Origin: an uncultured Trueperaceae bacterium | GTDB lineage: Bacteria; Deinococcota; Deinococci; Deinococcales; Trueperaceae | Direction: 5' to 3' | Length of the DNA stretch: 64,000 nt | Assembly (NCBI GenBank): GCA_963815215.1 | Contig: CAWFFU010000011.1 | Span: forward strand, 544,001 to 608,000 | Shown here: positions 21,347 to 30,517 of the stretch, one piece after another | Numbering within the stretch: position 1 is the stretch's first letter | How the letters are laid out: each line of letters starts with the position of its first letter | Position numbers and translations under genes: made by a program | The notes under the pieces: model-generated | What the model was told of the DNA's origin: nothing | Database searches by the model: none | Seen by the model: only the letters and a program-made list of their open reading frames with translations

Positions 21347-22516
21347 TCAGTAGCCGACCAGGCCTCGCTCCCTGGCCCACACGATGGCATCGGCGCGCGA
21401 GTGCAGCCCGAGCTTGTCGTAGATGCTGGTGATGTAGTTCCGCACGGTCTGCTCCTTGATCCCCAGCTCTTCTGCGATGTCGCGATTGTTGCGGCCGGAT
21501 GCCACCCGCTCCAAGACCTGCCGCTCGCGCTGGGTGAGCTCGGCCACCGCCGCGGAGCTCGGCCGATCCCCCTGCCTCCCCCTGATCTGCGCGATCTTCT
21601 CCAGCAGCGACCGACTGAACCACGCGGTATCGGTCATCACCTCCTGCACGGCCCGCATCAGCTCTTCCTCGCTCCTCTTGCGCTCGCTGACGTCCTCGAT
21701 GTATAGGGTGAGGCCCTCCGCGCCCGAGTACGCCCGCACCTGCATCCAGGCGCCCAGGGAAGGCACATGGGTCTCGAAGGTTACGGGCTCGGGGCTCGCT
21801 TTCGCGCCACGGTAGCGCTGCGCCAAGGGGCTATCGCGCCCGCCCGGGAAGATGTCCCACACCGACATCCCGATCAGATCCGCGGGCACCTTCCCCGTCA
21901 ACTGCGCGATCAGCTCCTCGCCTCGCGGGTTCAGGTAGGTCAAGCGATCGTCGCGGTCGACCGTCACGAACCCGTCGGAGATGCTCCGCAGGATCGCCGC
22001 GACATGCGTCTGCTCGGCCACGACGGCATCGCGAGAGGCCCGGAGCTCGGTGGTGCGCTCGGCCACCCGCGCCTCGAGATCCTGAGCGATACGCTCCTGC
22101 CGGCCCAGCAGGTCCCGTACCTGGAACTGACGTCGTCGCGCCCGGATCGCGGCGCGCACCACCGTGACGAGGCTCGACGGGTGGACGGGACGGAAGAGCA
22201 CCGTCGTGTTGCCGCCGTCGACCAACTCGTCCGGTCCGTGCCAGGGCGCGTCGAGCAACAGGACGATGGGCAGGTCCGACCAGGCGGCCTGCGTCTCGTT
22301 CGCCTCCCTCAGGACGGCCGCCGTTGCCGTGGTCAGGGCCTCCCCGGAGAGAACCACGGCACCGGATCCCTCGTGCAGCCGGCGCCGCAACTCCGCGGTG
22401 TCGGCACAGGGAGCGGTAGCGAGGCCCGCCCGCGACAGCGCGCCGCACAGTAGGACGGCGTCCCGGCCCAACGGGGCGAACACGAGAACGCGCAGCTCGT
22501 GGGAGCTAGTGCTCAT
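21347..22516 (-). CDS. Atypical receiver - coiled coil - PAS - LuxR HTH transcriptional regulator
   Basis: N-terminal APLGRDA...WSDLP...RRQFQVRD; PAS (SISDGFVTVD...YLN); C-terminal LTQRERQVL...IAEELGIKEQTVRNYITSIYDKL. Confidence 0.85.
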   Translation of the reverse strand: MSTSSHELRVLVFAPLGRDAVLLCGALSRAGLATAPCADTAELRRRLHEGSGAVVLSGEALTTATAAVLREANETQAAWSDLPIVLLLDAPWHGPDELVDGGNTTVLFRPVHPSSLVTVVRAAIRARRRQFQVRDLLGRQERIAQDLEARVAERTTELRASRDAVVAEQTHVAAILRSISDGFVTVDRDDRLTYLNPRGEELIAQLTGKVPADLIGMSVWDIFPGGRDSPLAQRYRGAKASPEPVTFETHVPSLGAWMQVRAYSGAEGLTLYIEDVSERKRSEEELMRAVQEVMTDTAWFSRSLLEKIAQIRGRQGDRPSSAAVAELTQRERQVLERVASGRNNRDIAEELGIKEQTVRNYITSIYDKLGLHSRADAIVWARERGLVGY

Positions 22517-24011
22517 CGCGGTCGGCGTCGAGGTCGTGTGGCTCGAGGACCGGGGTCCCGGAGAGCACGTTCCTGAAGCCGACGAGAGGTTCGCCCACGG
22601 TGATGCCCTTCTTGGTCAACTCCAGCTCCCGGATCGTCGACTCGTGTGCTCCACTGCGCTTCTTGATGACCGAGACCGCCCTACGGAGGCGACCCTCGGT
22701 CTCGAAGTGACGGAGCAGCAGCACGACATCGGCCAGATAACTGATGTCGAGCGGGATGATCTCCTCGCTTCCGATCATCCCTCCCTGCGCCATGATCAGG
22801 AGCGTCAGCACGCCGCGCCGGCTCAGGTAGGCAAGGAGCTCGTGCATCTGGGTGACGAGCAGGGCCTCCTGTGGCATCGCGTTCAGGTAACCGGTCAGGC
22901 TGTCGATCACCACGACCTTGGCCCCGTCTTCCTCGACGACCTTGCGCACCCTGTGGGCGAACTCACCGGGGGAGATCTCGCCCGTGTTGATCTGCTCAAG
23001 GTGCACGAGGCCGGAATCGACGAAGGGCCGGATGCTGATGCCCAGGCCCTCGGCCCGCCGCAGCAGACTCTCGGGACGCTCATCGAACATGAAGATCGCG
23101 GAGCTATCGCCTCGCTTCGCAGCGGAATAGACATATTGAGTGGCGATGGAGGTCTTGCCGGTGCCGGTCGGCCCCAGCACGAGGCAGGCGGAACCCCCCT
23201 CGAGACCGCCCCCGAGCAGGGTGTCGAGGGCCTCCACGCCACTGAGCAACGCACGGCCGTTGGAGGACTCGTTCGATCCCAACGTTTCGAGGCGCGGATG
23301 CACCTCCAACCCGCCCGTCCGGATGCGGAAGCTATGGTAGCCCGCCTGGAACTGCATGCCGCGTCCCTTGACCATCTCGAGCTGGCGCCTGACCGTGCCG
23401 TACTCCGGAGACCACCGTTCGAGCGAGAGGATGCCGTGAACCAGACCCTCGAGCTCGGACTCGCCATCCGGCGATGGACCGGTCAGGAACAGGCTGGTGC
23501 ACGGAAAATCCGTGAACGCCTGCTTGAGGATGAGGAGCTGCCTGCGGTACCTCAGCCGGCTGGCGGTGAGCAGCCGGATCTGTTCGACGGGGTCGAGCAC
23601 CAGCCGCTGCGGCTGAACGCTCCTGACGGTCGTCAGGATCGTTTCGATCGTCTCGCCGAGCTCCACCTCGTCCGTGTGGAACACCGTCTGATCGGCCGAC
23701 ATGCGGTCGGCCGCCTCGCCCGCAGAGAACTCGAAAACGGGTAGGTCATCGAGCGACCAATCGTGGGAACGTGCGATCTCCCGAAGCTCACGTTCGCTAT
23801 GCGATAGCGTCACGTAGAGCACCCGCTCGCCCAGCCGTACCCCCTCGAGCAGGAACTGCAGCCCCAACGTGGTCTTCCCCGTGCCCGGCGCACCCTGCAC
23901 GAGATAGATCCACTCGCGCGGGAGGCCGCCCTCCAGGATGGTGTCGAGCCCCCCGATACCAGTTGCCGCACGGCCGTTGTGGGCAGGTTGGCCGGATCCT
24001 CGATCCTTCAT
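22506..24011 (-). CDS. KaiC-like double RecA-domain ATPase
   Basis: Two Walker A motifs (GAPGTGKT, GPTGTGKT), VVIDSL, ISYLAD, KKRSGAHE. TATCAT-N6-ATG supports the start at 24011. Confidence 0.9.
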   Translation of the reverse strand: MKDRGSGQPAHNGRAATGIGGLDTILEGGLPREWIYLVQGAPGTGKTTLGLQFLLEGVRLGERVLYVTLSHSERELREIARSHDWSLDDLPVFEFSAGEAADRMSADQTVFHTDEVELGETIETILTTVRSVQPQRLVLDPVEQIRLLTASRLRYRRQLLILKQAFTDFPCTSLFLTGPSPDGESELEGLVHGILSLERWSPEYGTVRRQLEMVKGRGMQFQAGYHSFRIRTGGLEVHPRLETLGSNESSNGRALLSGVEALDTLLGGGLEGGSACLVLGPTGTGKTSIATQYVYSAAKRGDSSAIFMFDERPESLLRRAEGLGISIRPFVDSGLVHLEQINTGEISPGEFAHRVRKVVEEDGAKVVVIDSLTGYLNAMPQEALLVTQMHELLAYLSRRGVLTLLIMAQGGMIGSEEIIPLDISYLADVVLLLRHFETEGRLRRAVSVIKKRSGAHESTIRELELTKKGITVGEPLVGFRNVLSGTPVLEPHDLDADRDEH

Positions 24012-24089
24012 GGATCGATGATAGGGCTTCGCCGCGCACCGCGCCAAGGGACCCTCACGTCCATGAGATGTGAGGTCGGCCCCGAACCG

Positions 24090-24317
24090 CTAGTGGCAGT
24101 CCCGTGAGCTCTTGCACTGGCACCGGTTGCCGGCCCGTCGCAGAGCCTCCTGGCGGGTAGGCTCCGTGAACGGCTCCGGCGTCGGCCCTGAAAGGCCGTA
24201 GAACGGCGTCTTCTCGAGGCAAGGCCGACACAACACCATTGCGTTGGATATGCGGTTGCCCTTGCCGCGCTGCTTGTGATGCACGACGAGATCGTCGCGT
24301 CTGTTGCACCTCGACAT
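24090..24317 (-). CDS. 75-aa Cys/His-rich HNH-like protein, apparently circularly permuted
   Basis: AGGAGA RBS; VVHHK..G.N..SNAMVLCRPC followed by F..TRQEALRRAGNRCQC..CH. Confidence 0.7.
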   Translation of the reverse strand: MSRCNRRDDLVVHHKQRGKGNRISNAMVLCRPCLEKTPFYGLSGPTPEPFTEPTRQEALRRAGNRCQCKSSRDCH

Positions 24318-24988
24318 GGCGGTTCTCCTGCCCTCACTCTGGATTGGAGACGCCCTCGTCCCCATCCCCCATTATGTGCAGGGATCGGGCTGCCGGACCC
24401 CCACGCGACACGTCCTCCGAACTGGTGTCACGACCCCACCCCGGATGGCCATAACGCCTCTGGTCGGTGGCATGCCGCGGGCCTAGGCTTGCTGTTGAAC
24501 ACGCTGGCATCACCGTTCGCGCACAGCCGGACCGTGCCGGCAACGATGGGGGGAGCCTGATTCGGCAGCCCGTCAACGAGACCCGGAGGACCCTCCTCCG
24601 ATACCGGCGCGGAGCCTCCGTCACGAACCGGGGGAGCGCCGCCGACGCATCGCCCCAGCGCCGCCGGAGCGATCGGTATCGCCTGCGCCCAAGACGTCCC
24701 CTCTCCCGCGACCTCGGGCCGAGTCCTCCCACCCGGTTCGGGGTCGCCCTCGGCGACGAGGAAGTACACGTACCAGGCGGAGGAACGGGACCCTCTCCAA
24801 GTGGCGAAGCGGGACGCTCACGGTGGTACGCACCCGAACGGGATGGGGCCACGACGCCACTGCGGCAGGGCTCGCGGAGTCTACCCCCGCGAACACCCAG
24901 GCCGTAGCGTGGGTCCGTGGAGTCGCAGGTTCGCCTTGGCCCAACACGCCGAACGAAGCCTGCGAGCAATCGGAAGGAGGTCCGGACG

Positions 24989-25930
24989 ATGAAGCAGATA
25001 GGTGTCTCGCTGCAGGGCGCTCTGAACGCCATGACGGAACAGCTCCTCATCCTGGACCTCGAGGGCACCATCCTTGCCTGCAACACCGCGTGGCGGGACG
25101 CACATCTTCGCGACACGTCGGGACCGCAGGAGTTCGTCGGTCTCCCCGTTCGCGACGCGTTCCGGCCGGCCCACGGGATCGCCGAGAACGCCATCGACCG
25201 GATCCTGGAAGGCATCGACGGGGTGCTCCACGGCGGCTTGGCTCGCTTCGAGTTTGAGTACCGGGACGCTTTCGATTCCCAGATCCGTTGGTTCCTGCTG
25301 AGCGTCACGGTCATTAGCGACGGGCAACGGGGGGCCCTGCTCACGGTGCGCGACATCAGCTCCCAGAAGGCGCGCGAGGACACGTTGCTGACGCGCGCCA
25401 ACTTCGATCCCCTCACGGGGCTCGCCGGTCGCGGCTACTTCCTGCTCGAGGCCGAACACATGCTGTTGCTCGCCAAGCGGCAAGGCTGGCATCCGGCGCT
25501 CATCTTCCTCGACATCAACCGGTTCAAGGAGATCAACGACCGCCACGGCCACAGGGTGGGCGACCTGGTGTTGGAGCGCGTGGGACTGCGCTTGCGGCGA
25601 CGGACGCGTGCGAGCGACCTGGTGGCCCGTTTCGGAGGCGACGAGTTCGTCATCCTCCTGAACGACGTCACGTCGGAAGAGACCAAGCGGATCGTGTCGA
25701 TCTACCGGAGGAGCCTGGCGCAGCCGCCCATCATCGATGGCATGGCCATCACCGTGCAGGCCAGCTTCGGCGTGGCCCACTACCCTGTCGACGGCGCCAC
25801 CGTCGAGGCCATGCTGGCGACGGCCGACAAGGCCATGTACGCCGCCAAGGCATCGGCCAAACGGCGCCGGAGTCGGCACAGCAGGTCGGGTGCTATCGCC
25901 GCTCGGGCCGAGAACCGCGCATCGCAGTAG
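24989..25930 (+). CDS. PAS-GGDEF diguanylate cyclase
   Basis: AAGGAGG RBS; PAS-like ILDLEGTILACN; DPLTGL, DINRFKEIND..GH..GD, RASD I-site, GGDEF. Confidence 0.92.
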   Translation: MKQIGVSLQGALNAMTEQLLILDLEGTILACNTAWRDAHLRDTSGPQEFVGLPVRDAFRPAHGIAENAIDRILEGIDGVLHGGLARFEFEYRDAFDSQIRWFLLSVTVISDGQRGALLTVRDISSQKAREDTLLTRANFDPLTGLAGRGYFLLEAEHMLLLAKRQGWHPALIFLDINRFKEINDRHGHRVGDLVLERVGLRLRRRTRASDLVARFGGDEFVILLNDVTSEETKRIVSIYRRSLAQPPIIDGMAITVQASFGVAHYPVDGATVEAMLATADKAMYAAKASAKRRRSRHSRSGAIAARAENRASQ

Positions 25931-26290
25931 CCCTTCGGACGTTGTCGGTGCAGGCCTCAGCTCGTACTCAGCGCGAATACGCGGAAGCCCTCAGCGCTCA
26001 TCCATGGGCCCCGGGTCGTCCGATGGTTGGCGTGGACGGCGCGGCGGGTGCGTGGACGTCTACTGCACCGTCCAGGGATGCCAGCCCCGCACGTACTTCG
26101 CTGAGGGCGTAGCTGGCGCGAGCGGGGAACCTTAGCAGCTGAACGCCGGCCGCGGCGCAGGCGCCCTCGAAGAAAGCATCGCGCGCGAGGCGGCTGCGGA
26201 TGGAGATGTCGACCGTCCGGTCGCTCGCTCACCTGTGTCGATGCCGTCTGGAGGGCGCTTCGTCGCGTTCACGGCCCCGCACGTACCAGG

Positions 26291-27118
26291 TCATCCAACG
26301 TCGAAGCCTACTGCTACGCCACCAGCCCCCGTCGCTCGGATCCGTTCCAGCGCCACGGTCTTGAGCTGCTCCCTGGCGCGCGCATACACAGCTCGATGGT
26401 CGGGCGCGTCTGCGCTGTGCTCCCAGACCGATCGGAGGGTCCGGTAGAGCGCGCTTCCGATGTTCACCTTCACGACGCCCAGTGCCCGGGCCACCACCAG
26501 ATCCGAAGTCGGAATCCCGCTCCCCCCGTGGAGCACCAACGGGCCCCCGACGCTCTCGGCGACCTCGCGCAACCGGTCCAGGTCGAGCACGCTCGCCCGT
26601 CCGTGCTCACTGCCCACGGAGACCGCCACCATGTCGGCACCGGCCTCCTCGAACAGCCGGGCCACCTCCTCGGCACGCGTCGCCGTCACGTGACCATGGT
26701 TGAAACTGTCGGCTGCCACCTCCACGGACGCTCCCATCGCGTGCGCTACCTCCACGATGCGGCTCGTCTGCGCGACCACTTCGCCGAAGGGCCGTTCCGC
26801 CCCGTCGAACATGACCGAGCCGTATCCGGCCCGCAGGCACGTCATCGCCATCTCGAAGTCCCGGCCGTGATCCAGGTGGAGCAGCACCGGCACCCTCGTG
26901 CGCGCCGCGAGGGACCGGACGAGCGCCGCCATCGCCGCCGCCGGGACCTGCTCGAGGTCGGTGGGGTAGGTCTGCACGATGATCGGCGCCGACGCCTCCT
27001 CCGCGGCCTCCACGCACGCACGCACCATCTCGGCGCTGCACACGTTGAAGGCGGGAAGGCTGAACCGTCGCCCGAAGGCGTAGCGGATCAGCTCGCGACC
27101 GTCCTCGACGAAAGGCAC
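26291..27118 (-). CDS. iolJ: Class II aldolase, probable 6-phospho-5-dehydro-2-deoxy-D-gluconate aldolase
   Basis: PAFNV, HLDHG, SVMFDG, LVLHGGSG, KVNIG; last gene of the iol operon. Confidence 0.78.
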   Translation of the reverse strand: MPFVEDGRELIRYAFGRRFSLPAFNVCSAEMVRACVEAAEEASAPIIVQTYPTDLEQVPAAAMAALVRSLAARTRVPVLLHLDHGRDFEMAMTCLRAGYGSVMFDGAERPFGEVVAQTSRIVEVAHAMGASVEVAADSFNHGHVTATRAEEVARLFEEAGADMVAVSVGSEHGRASVLDLDRLREVAESVGGPLVLHGGSGIPTSDLVVARALGVVKVNIGSALYRTLRSVWEHSADAPDHRAVYARAREQLKTVALERIRATGAGGVAVGFDVG

Positions 27119-27119
27119 C

Positions 27120-28136
27120 TCAGAAGCCGCCGTGCTCCTTCACGAACTCCAGGGCCTCGTCCTCGAATGCCGTGAAGTTCGCGCAGCCGTGTCGCGTCAC
27201 CACGATGGCGCCGCAGGCGTTGCCCATGCGGGCGCTCTTGTGCCAATCCCAGCCCCGGGCACGACCGTAGATGACGCCCGCCGCGAACGCGTCGCCTGCG
27301 CCCAGCACGTTCATGACCTCGACCGGGAAGCCCGGCACCCGCGTGACGGTGCCGTCGGCCAGGTGCACGGTGCACCCTTCCGCGCCGCGCTTCACGAGCA
27401 GCGTCTCCGGGCCGGGCCTGCGCGCAAGCATCGCCTCGATGTTGGCATCGACGTCGCCACGGATGATCGGCGCGGAGATCTGCTGGTCGCGGATCTCGAC
27501 GTCGGCCGGATCGCTCAACATGGCTGCGTTGATCTCCTCCACGGTCCCGAACACCACTGTCACCAGCGGCAACAGCGCGCGCACGGCCAGGCCGAAGGCA
27601 CGCGGATCGTGCCACTGGTCGGCGCGGAAGTCGAGGTCGAGGTAGACCGTCACCCCGGCCACGTGCGCCTGCTCCGCGGCGAAGAACGCCGCGGAGCGGC
27701 TCGGCTCCGCGTACAGGGCCGTCGCCGAGATCTCCAGCGCGCCGGCTTCGGCGATCGGCGCCGCGGCCACGTCGTCGATGCTGAGCGCCATGTCGGCGCA
27801 ATTCTCCCGGTAGTACACCAGCGGGAACCGGTCCTTCTCGATGCCGAGCAGCACCGCGCTGGTCCGCTTGCCCGGCTTGGTCGGGATGAACCGCGTGGCC
27901 ACCCCTTCCCGGTCCAGGAAGTGACGGATGAAGTCGCCGACCTTGTCCCGACCCACGGCGGTCAAAAGCGCTACCTCGAGTCCGAGCCGCCGCGCTCCCA
28001 CGGCGATGTTCGTCGGGCTCCCGCCGACGTAGGCCGCGAAGCTCGTGATCTCCTCGAAGGGCGCGCCCACGTCGTTGCTGTACAGATCGATGGAGGAGCG
28101 CCCCAGCGTGATCAGATCGTATCGGTCGTTGCTCAC
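27120..28136 (-). CDS. iolC: 5-dehydro-2-deoxygluconokinase
   Basis: LGRSSIDLY, YVGGSPTNIAVG, YYRENCAD, DLDFR, LGAGDAF. Confidence 0.92.
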   Translation of the reverse strand: MSNDRYDLITLGRSSIDLYSNDVGAPFEEITSFAAYVGGSPTNIAVGARRLGLEVALLTAVGRDKVGDFIRHFLDREGVATRFIPTKPGKRTSAVLLGIEKDRFPLVYYRENCADMALSIDDVAAAPIAEAGALEISATALYAEPSRSAAFFAAEQAHVAGVTVYLDLDFRADQWHDPRAFGLAVRALLPLVTVVFGTVEEINAAMLSDPADVEIRDQQISAPIIRGDVDANIEAMLARRPGPETLLVKRGAEGCTVHLADGTVTRVPGFPVEVMNVLGAGDAFAAGVIYGRARGWDWHKSARMGNACGAIVVTRHGCANFTAFEDEALEFVKEHGGF

Positions 28137-28146
28137 CGTGCCCGCC

Positions 28147-29637
28147 TCAGAACTGCCGACTCCACGCCGCCGGCCAGCGCTCGATCACGACCTTCGTCTG
28201 GGTGTAGAACTCGACACCGTGCCGCGCCTGGGCGTGGAGGTCGCCGAAGAACGAGTCGCCCCAACCGCTGAAGGGGAAGAAAGCCATCGGCGCCGCGACG
28301 CCCAGGTTCACGCCGATGTTGCCGGCGCGCACGCGCTTGCGGAACGCTCTCGCGGCCGACCCGGACGCGGTGAACACGCACGCCTGGTTGCCGAAGGCGC
28401 GGTCGTTCACCAGGTCGATGGCCTCTTCCAGGTCGCGGGCGTGCATCAGGCTCAGCACCGGACCGAACACCTCGGTCGTCGCCAGCGTGCCCGCCGGGTC
28501 GACCTCGTCCACCACCGTGGGATGCACGAAGAAGCCGTCGCTGAACGCATCGCCAGCCACTTCGCGGCCGCGGCCATCGACCAGCAGCCGTCCGCCCTCC
28601 TCCACGCCGCGGCCGACCAGGGCACCGACCCGCTCGCGCGAGGCGGCCGTGATCACCGGACCCATCTGCACCCCCTCGTCGAGGCCGAAGCCGACCTTCC
28701 TGCTAACGGCGTCCTCGACGATGCGTTCAGTGAAGCGGGCGCGCGCGTCGCCGACGGTGATGGCCACCGACGTCGCCAGGCAGCGCTGGCCGGCGCAGCC
28801 GAAGGCGCTGTCGGCCAGGATGCGGGTGCTCATGTCCATGTCGGCATCGGGCAGGATCACCGCCGGGTTCTTGGCGCCCCCCTGACACTGCGCGCGTTTG
28901 CCGTTCGCGGTGGCGCGACCGTAGATGTACCTCGCCACGGGCGTCGAGCCCACGAACGACACGCCCTTCACGAGCGGGTGGTCGAGCAAGGCATCGACCG
29001 TCTCCTTGCCGCCATTCACGAGGCTGAGCACGCCCTCGGGGAAACCCGCCCGCTCGATCAGGCGGAACAGGGCCTGCGTGGTCATCGGCACCCGCTCGCT
29101 CGGCTTCAGCACGAACGCGTTGCCCGTGGCCACCGCGTACGGCAGGAACCAGAGCGGGATCATGCCCGGGAAGTTGAAGGGCGTGATGGCCGCGACCACC
29201 CCCAACGGCTGCCGGAAGACGTGCTCGTCGATCCCGGGCGCGATGTCCTCGTTGTTCCAGCCCTGCATCAGGCTCGGCATGCCGCAGGCCACCTCGACGT
29301 TCTCGATGCCGCGCTGCAGCTCGCCCTTGGACTCCGCGAACGTCTTGCCGCACTCGAGCGTGGTCGTCCGCGCCAGCTCGTCGATGTGCTCCTCCAGGAG
29401 CGACTTGAGGCGGTACAACGGCTGCACCCGGTCGACCACGGGCACCTCGCTCCAGACCAGCTGGGCCTGGTGCGCGGCCCGCACCGCCTCGTCGACCTCC
29501 GCCGCTGCGCTCAAGGGCACCGACGCGATCACCTCCGCCGTGGCGGGATTGACCACATCCTGCCGGGCGCCGGCGCCGGAGCGGCGCCAGCCGCCGGCCA
29601 CGAAGTTCAGCATCTCTTCCTTGCTCTGGGTCGTCAT
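28147..29637 (-). CDS. iolA: CoA-acylating (methyl)malonate-semialdehyde dehydrogenase
   Basis: ITPFNFPGMIP, KPSERVP, FVGSTPVA, FGCAGQRCLA, EVFGPV. Start ATG 29637 has a GGAGGG RBS. Confidence 0.92.
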   Translation of the reverse strand: MTTQSKEEMLNFVAGGWRRSGAGARQDVVNPATAEVIASVPLSAAAEVDEAVRAAHQAQLVWSEVPVVDRVQPLYRLKSLLEEHIDELARTTTLECGKTFAESKGELQRGIENVEVACGMPSLMQGWNNEDIAPGIDEHVFRQPLGVVAAITPFNFPGMIPLWFLPYAVATGNAFVLKPSERVPMTTQALFRLIERAGFPEGVLSLVNGGKETVDALLDHPLVKGVSFVGSTPVARYIYGRATANGKRAQCQGGAKNPAVILPDADMDMSTRILADSAFGCAGQRCLATSVAITVGDARARFTERIVEDAVSRKVGFGLDEGVQMGPVITAASRERVGALVGRGVEEGGRLLVDGRGREVAGDAFSDGFFVHPTVVDEVDPAGTLATTEVFGPVLSLMHARDLEEAIDLVNDRAFGNQACVFTASGSAARAFRKRVRAGNIGVNLGVAAPMAFFPFSGWGDSFFGDLHAQARHGVEFYTQTKVVIERWPAAWSRQF

Positions 29638-29668
29638 GGGCCCTCCAGGATCGGTACGGTCGCTTTCA

Positions 29669-30517
29669 TCATGAACGCTCGGACGCGACCTCCCGATGAT
29701 CGAGCGTCGGGGTCTCGTGTGGTTCGGGGCCGGTGGGTCCGACCTCGCCACCTTCCATCGGAGCCGTCTCGCAGCGGATCGAGCGCCGGACGAGCTCGAC
29801 GAACTCGGCCGGCGCACTGGCGTCGGTGACGAGCTCGTCGACATCCGCGAGGTCGGCGTACCTGGCGAGCGTGACCCGAGCCAGCTTGCTGGCGTCGGCG
29901 AGCACGACCGTTCGGGTGGACGCCCGCACCATCGCCGCCTTGGTCTCCGCCTCCAGGGCGTTGGGCGTGGTGAAGCCACGCTCGACGTCCACGCCGGTGG
30001 CGCCCAGGAACGCGACGTCGGCGTGGTAGGCGCGGAGCGTCTCCACCGTGGCCGGTCCGATCATCGCCAGGCTGTGGTGCCGCAAGTGCCCGCCGAGGAG
30101 CAGCACATCGAACGACGAGCCGGCGAGCTCGAGCGCTACCGGGATCGAATTGGTGATGACCACCACGTGCCTGCGCCGCCGCTGAAGCAAGCGTGCCAGC
30201 GCCAAGGTGGTGCTGCCACCATCGAGGATGATCGACTCACCGTCGTGGATCCGCGATAGGGCGAGCTCCGCGATGGCGAGCTTGGCGCGTGACCGGACGT
30301 GCTCCTTCTCCTTGAACGAGGGGTTGTACAGCACCCGCGGCGCGAACACCGCGCCACCGTGGACCCGCTCCAGCAGGCCGCGCTGCTCGAGCTGCTTGAG
30401 GTCCTTGCGGATGGTGACCTCGCTCACCTCGAAGCGGCCGCTGAGTTCGTCGACCGAGACGGCGCGCTGCCGCTCCAACAGGTCGATGATGGTGCTCCTT
30501 CGCCTGCCCGCCTTCAT
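29669..30517 (-). CDS. iolR: DeoR/GlpR family regulator (IolR-like)
   Basis: VSEVTIRKDL..LE..G...RVHGGA, LDGGSTT, ITNSI; embedded in the iol operon. Confidence 0.8.
   Translation of the reverse strand: MKAGRRRSTIIDLLERQRAVSVDELSGRFEVSEVTIRKDLKQLEQRGLLERVHGGAVFAPRVLYNPSFKEKEHVRSRAKLAIAELALSRIHDGESIILDGGSTTLALARLLQRRRRHVVVITNSIPVALELAGSSFDVLLLGGHLRHHSLAMIGPATVETLRAYHADVAFLGATGVDVERGFTTPNALEAETKAAMVRASTRTVVLADASKLARVTLARYADLADVDELVTDASAPAEFVELVRRSIRCETAPMEGGEVGPTGPEPHETPTLDHREVASERS

Noticed and set aside
22506..24011. A true circadian clock (kaiABC)
   Set aside because: No kaiA or kaiB in the window, SY instead of ST at the phosphosites and a degenerate CI EE motif. It is better read as a signalling KaiC homolog.
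24090..24317. HNH protein as a mobile element or defence system marker
   Set aside because: No transposase, integrase, methylase, intron features or terminal repeats nearby.
24780..24860. Possible c-di-GMP-I riboswitch upstream of the GGDEF gene (GGGACGC)
   Set aside because: Lacks the GGCAAAC...GAAA stem and the GCAAA motif; only a short chance match.
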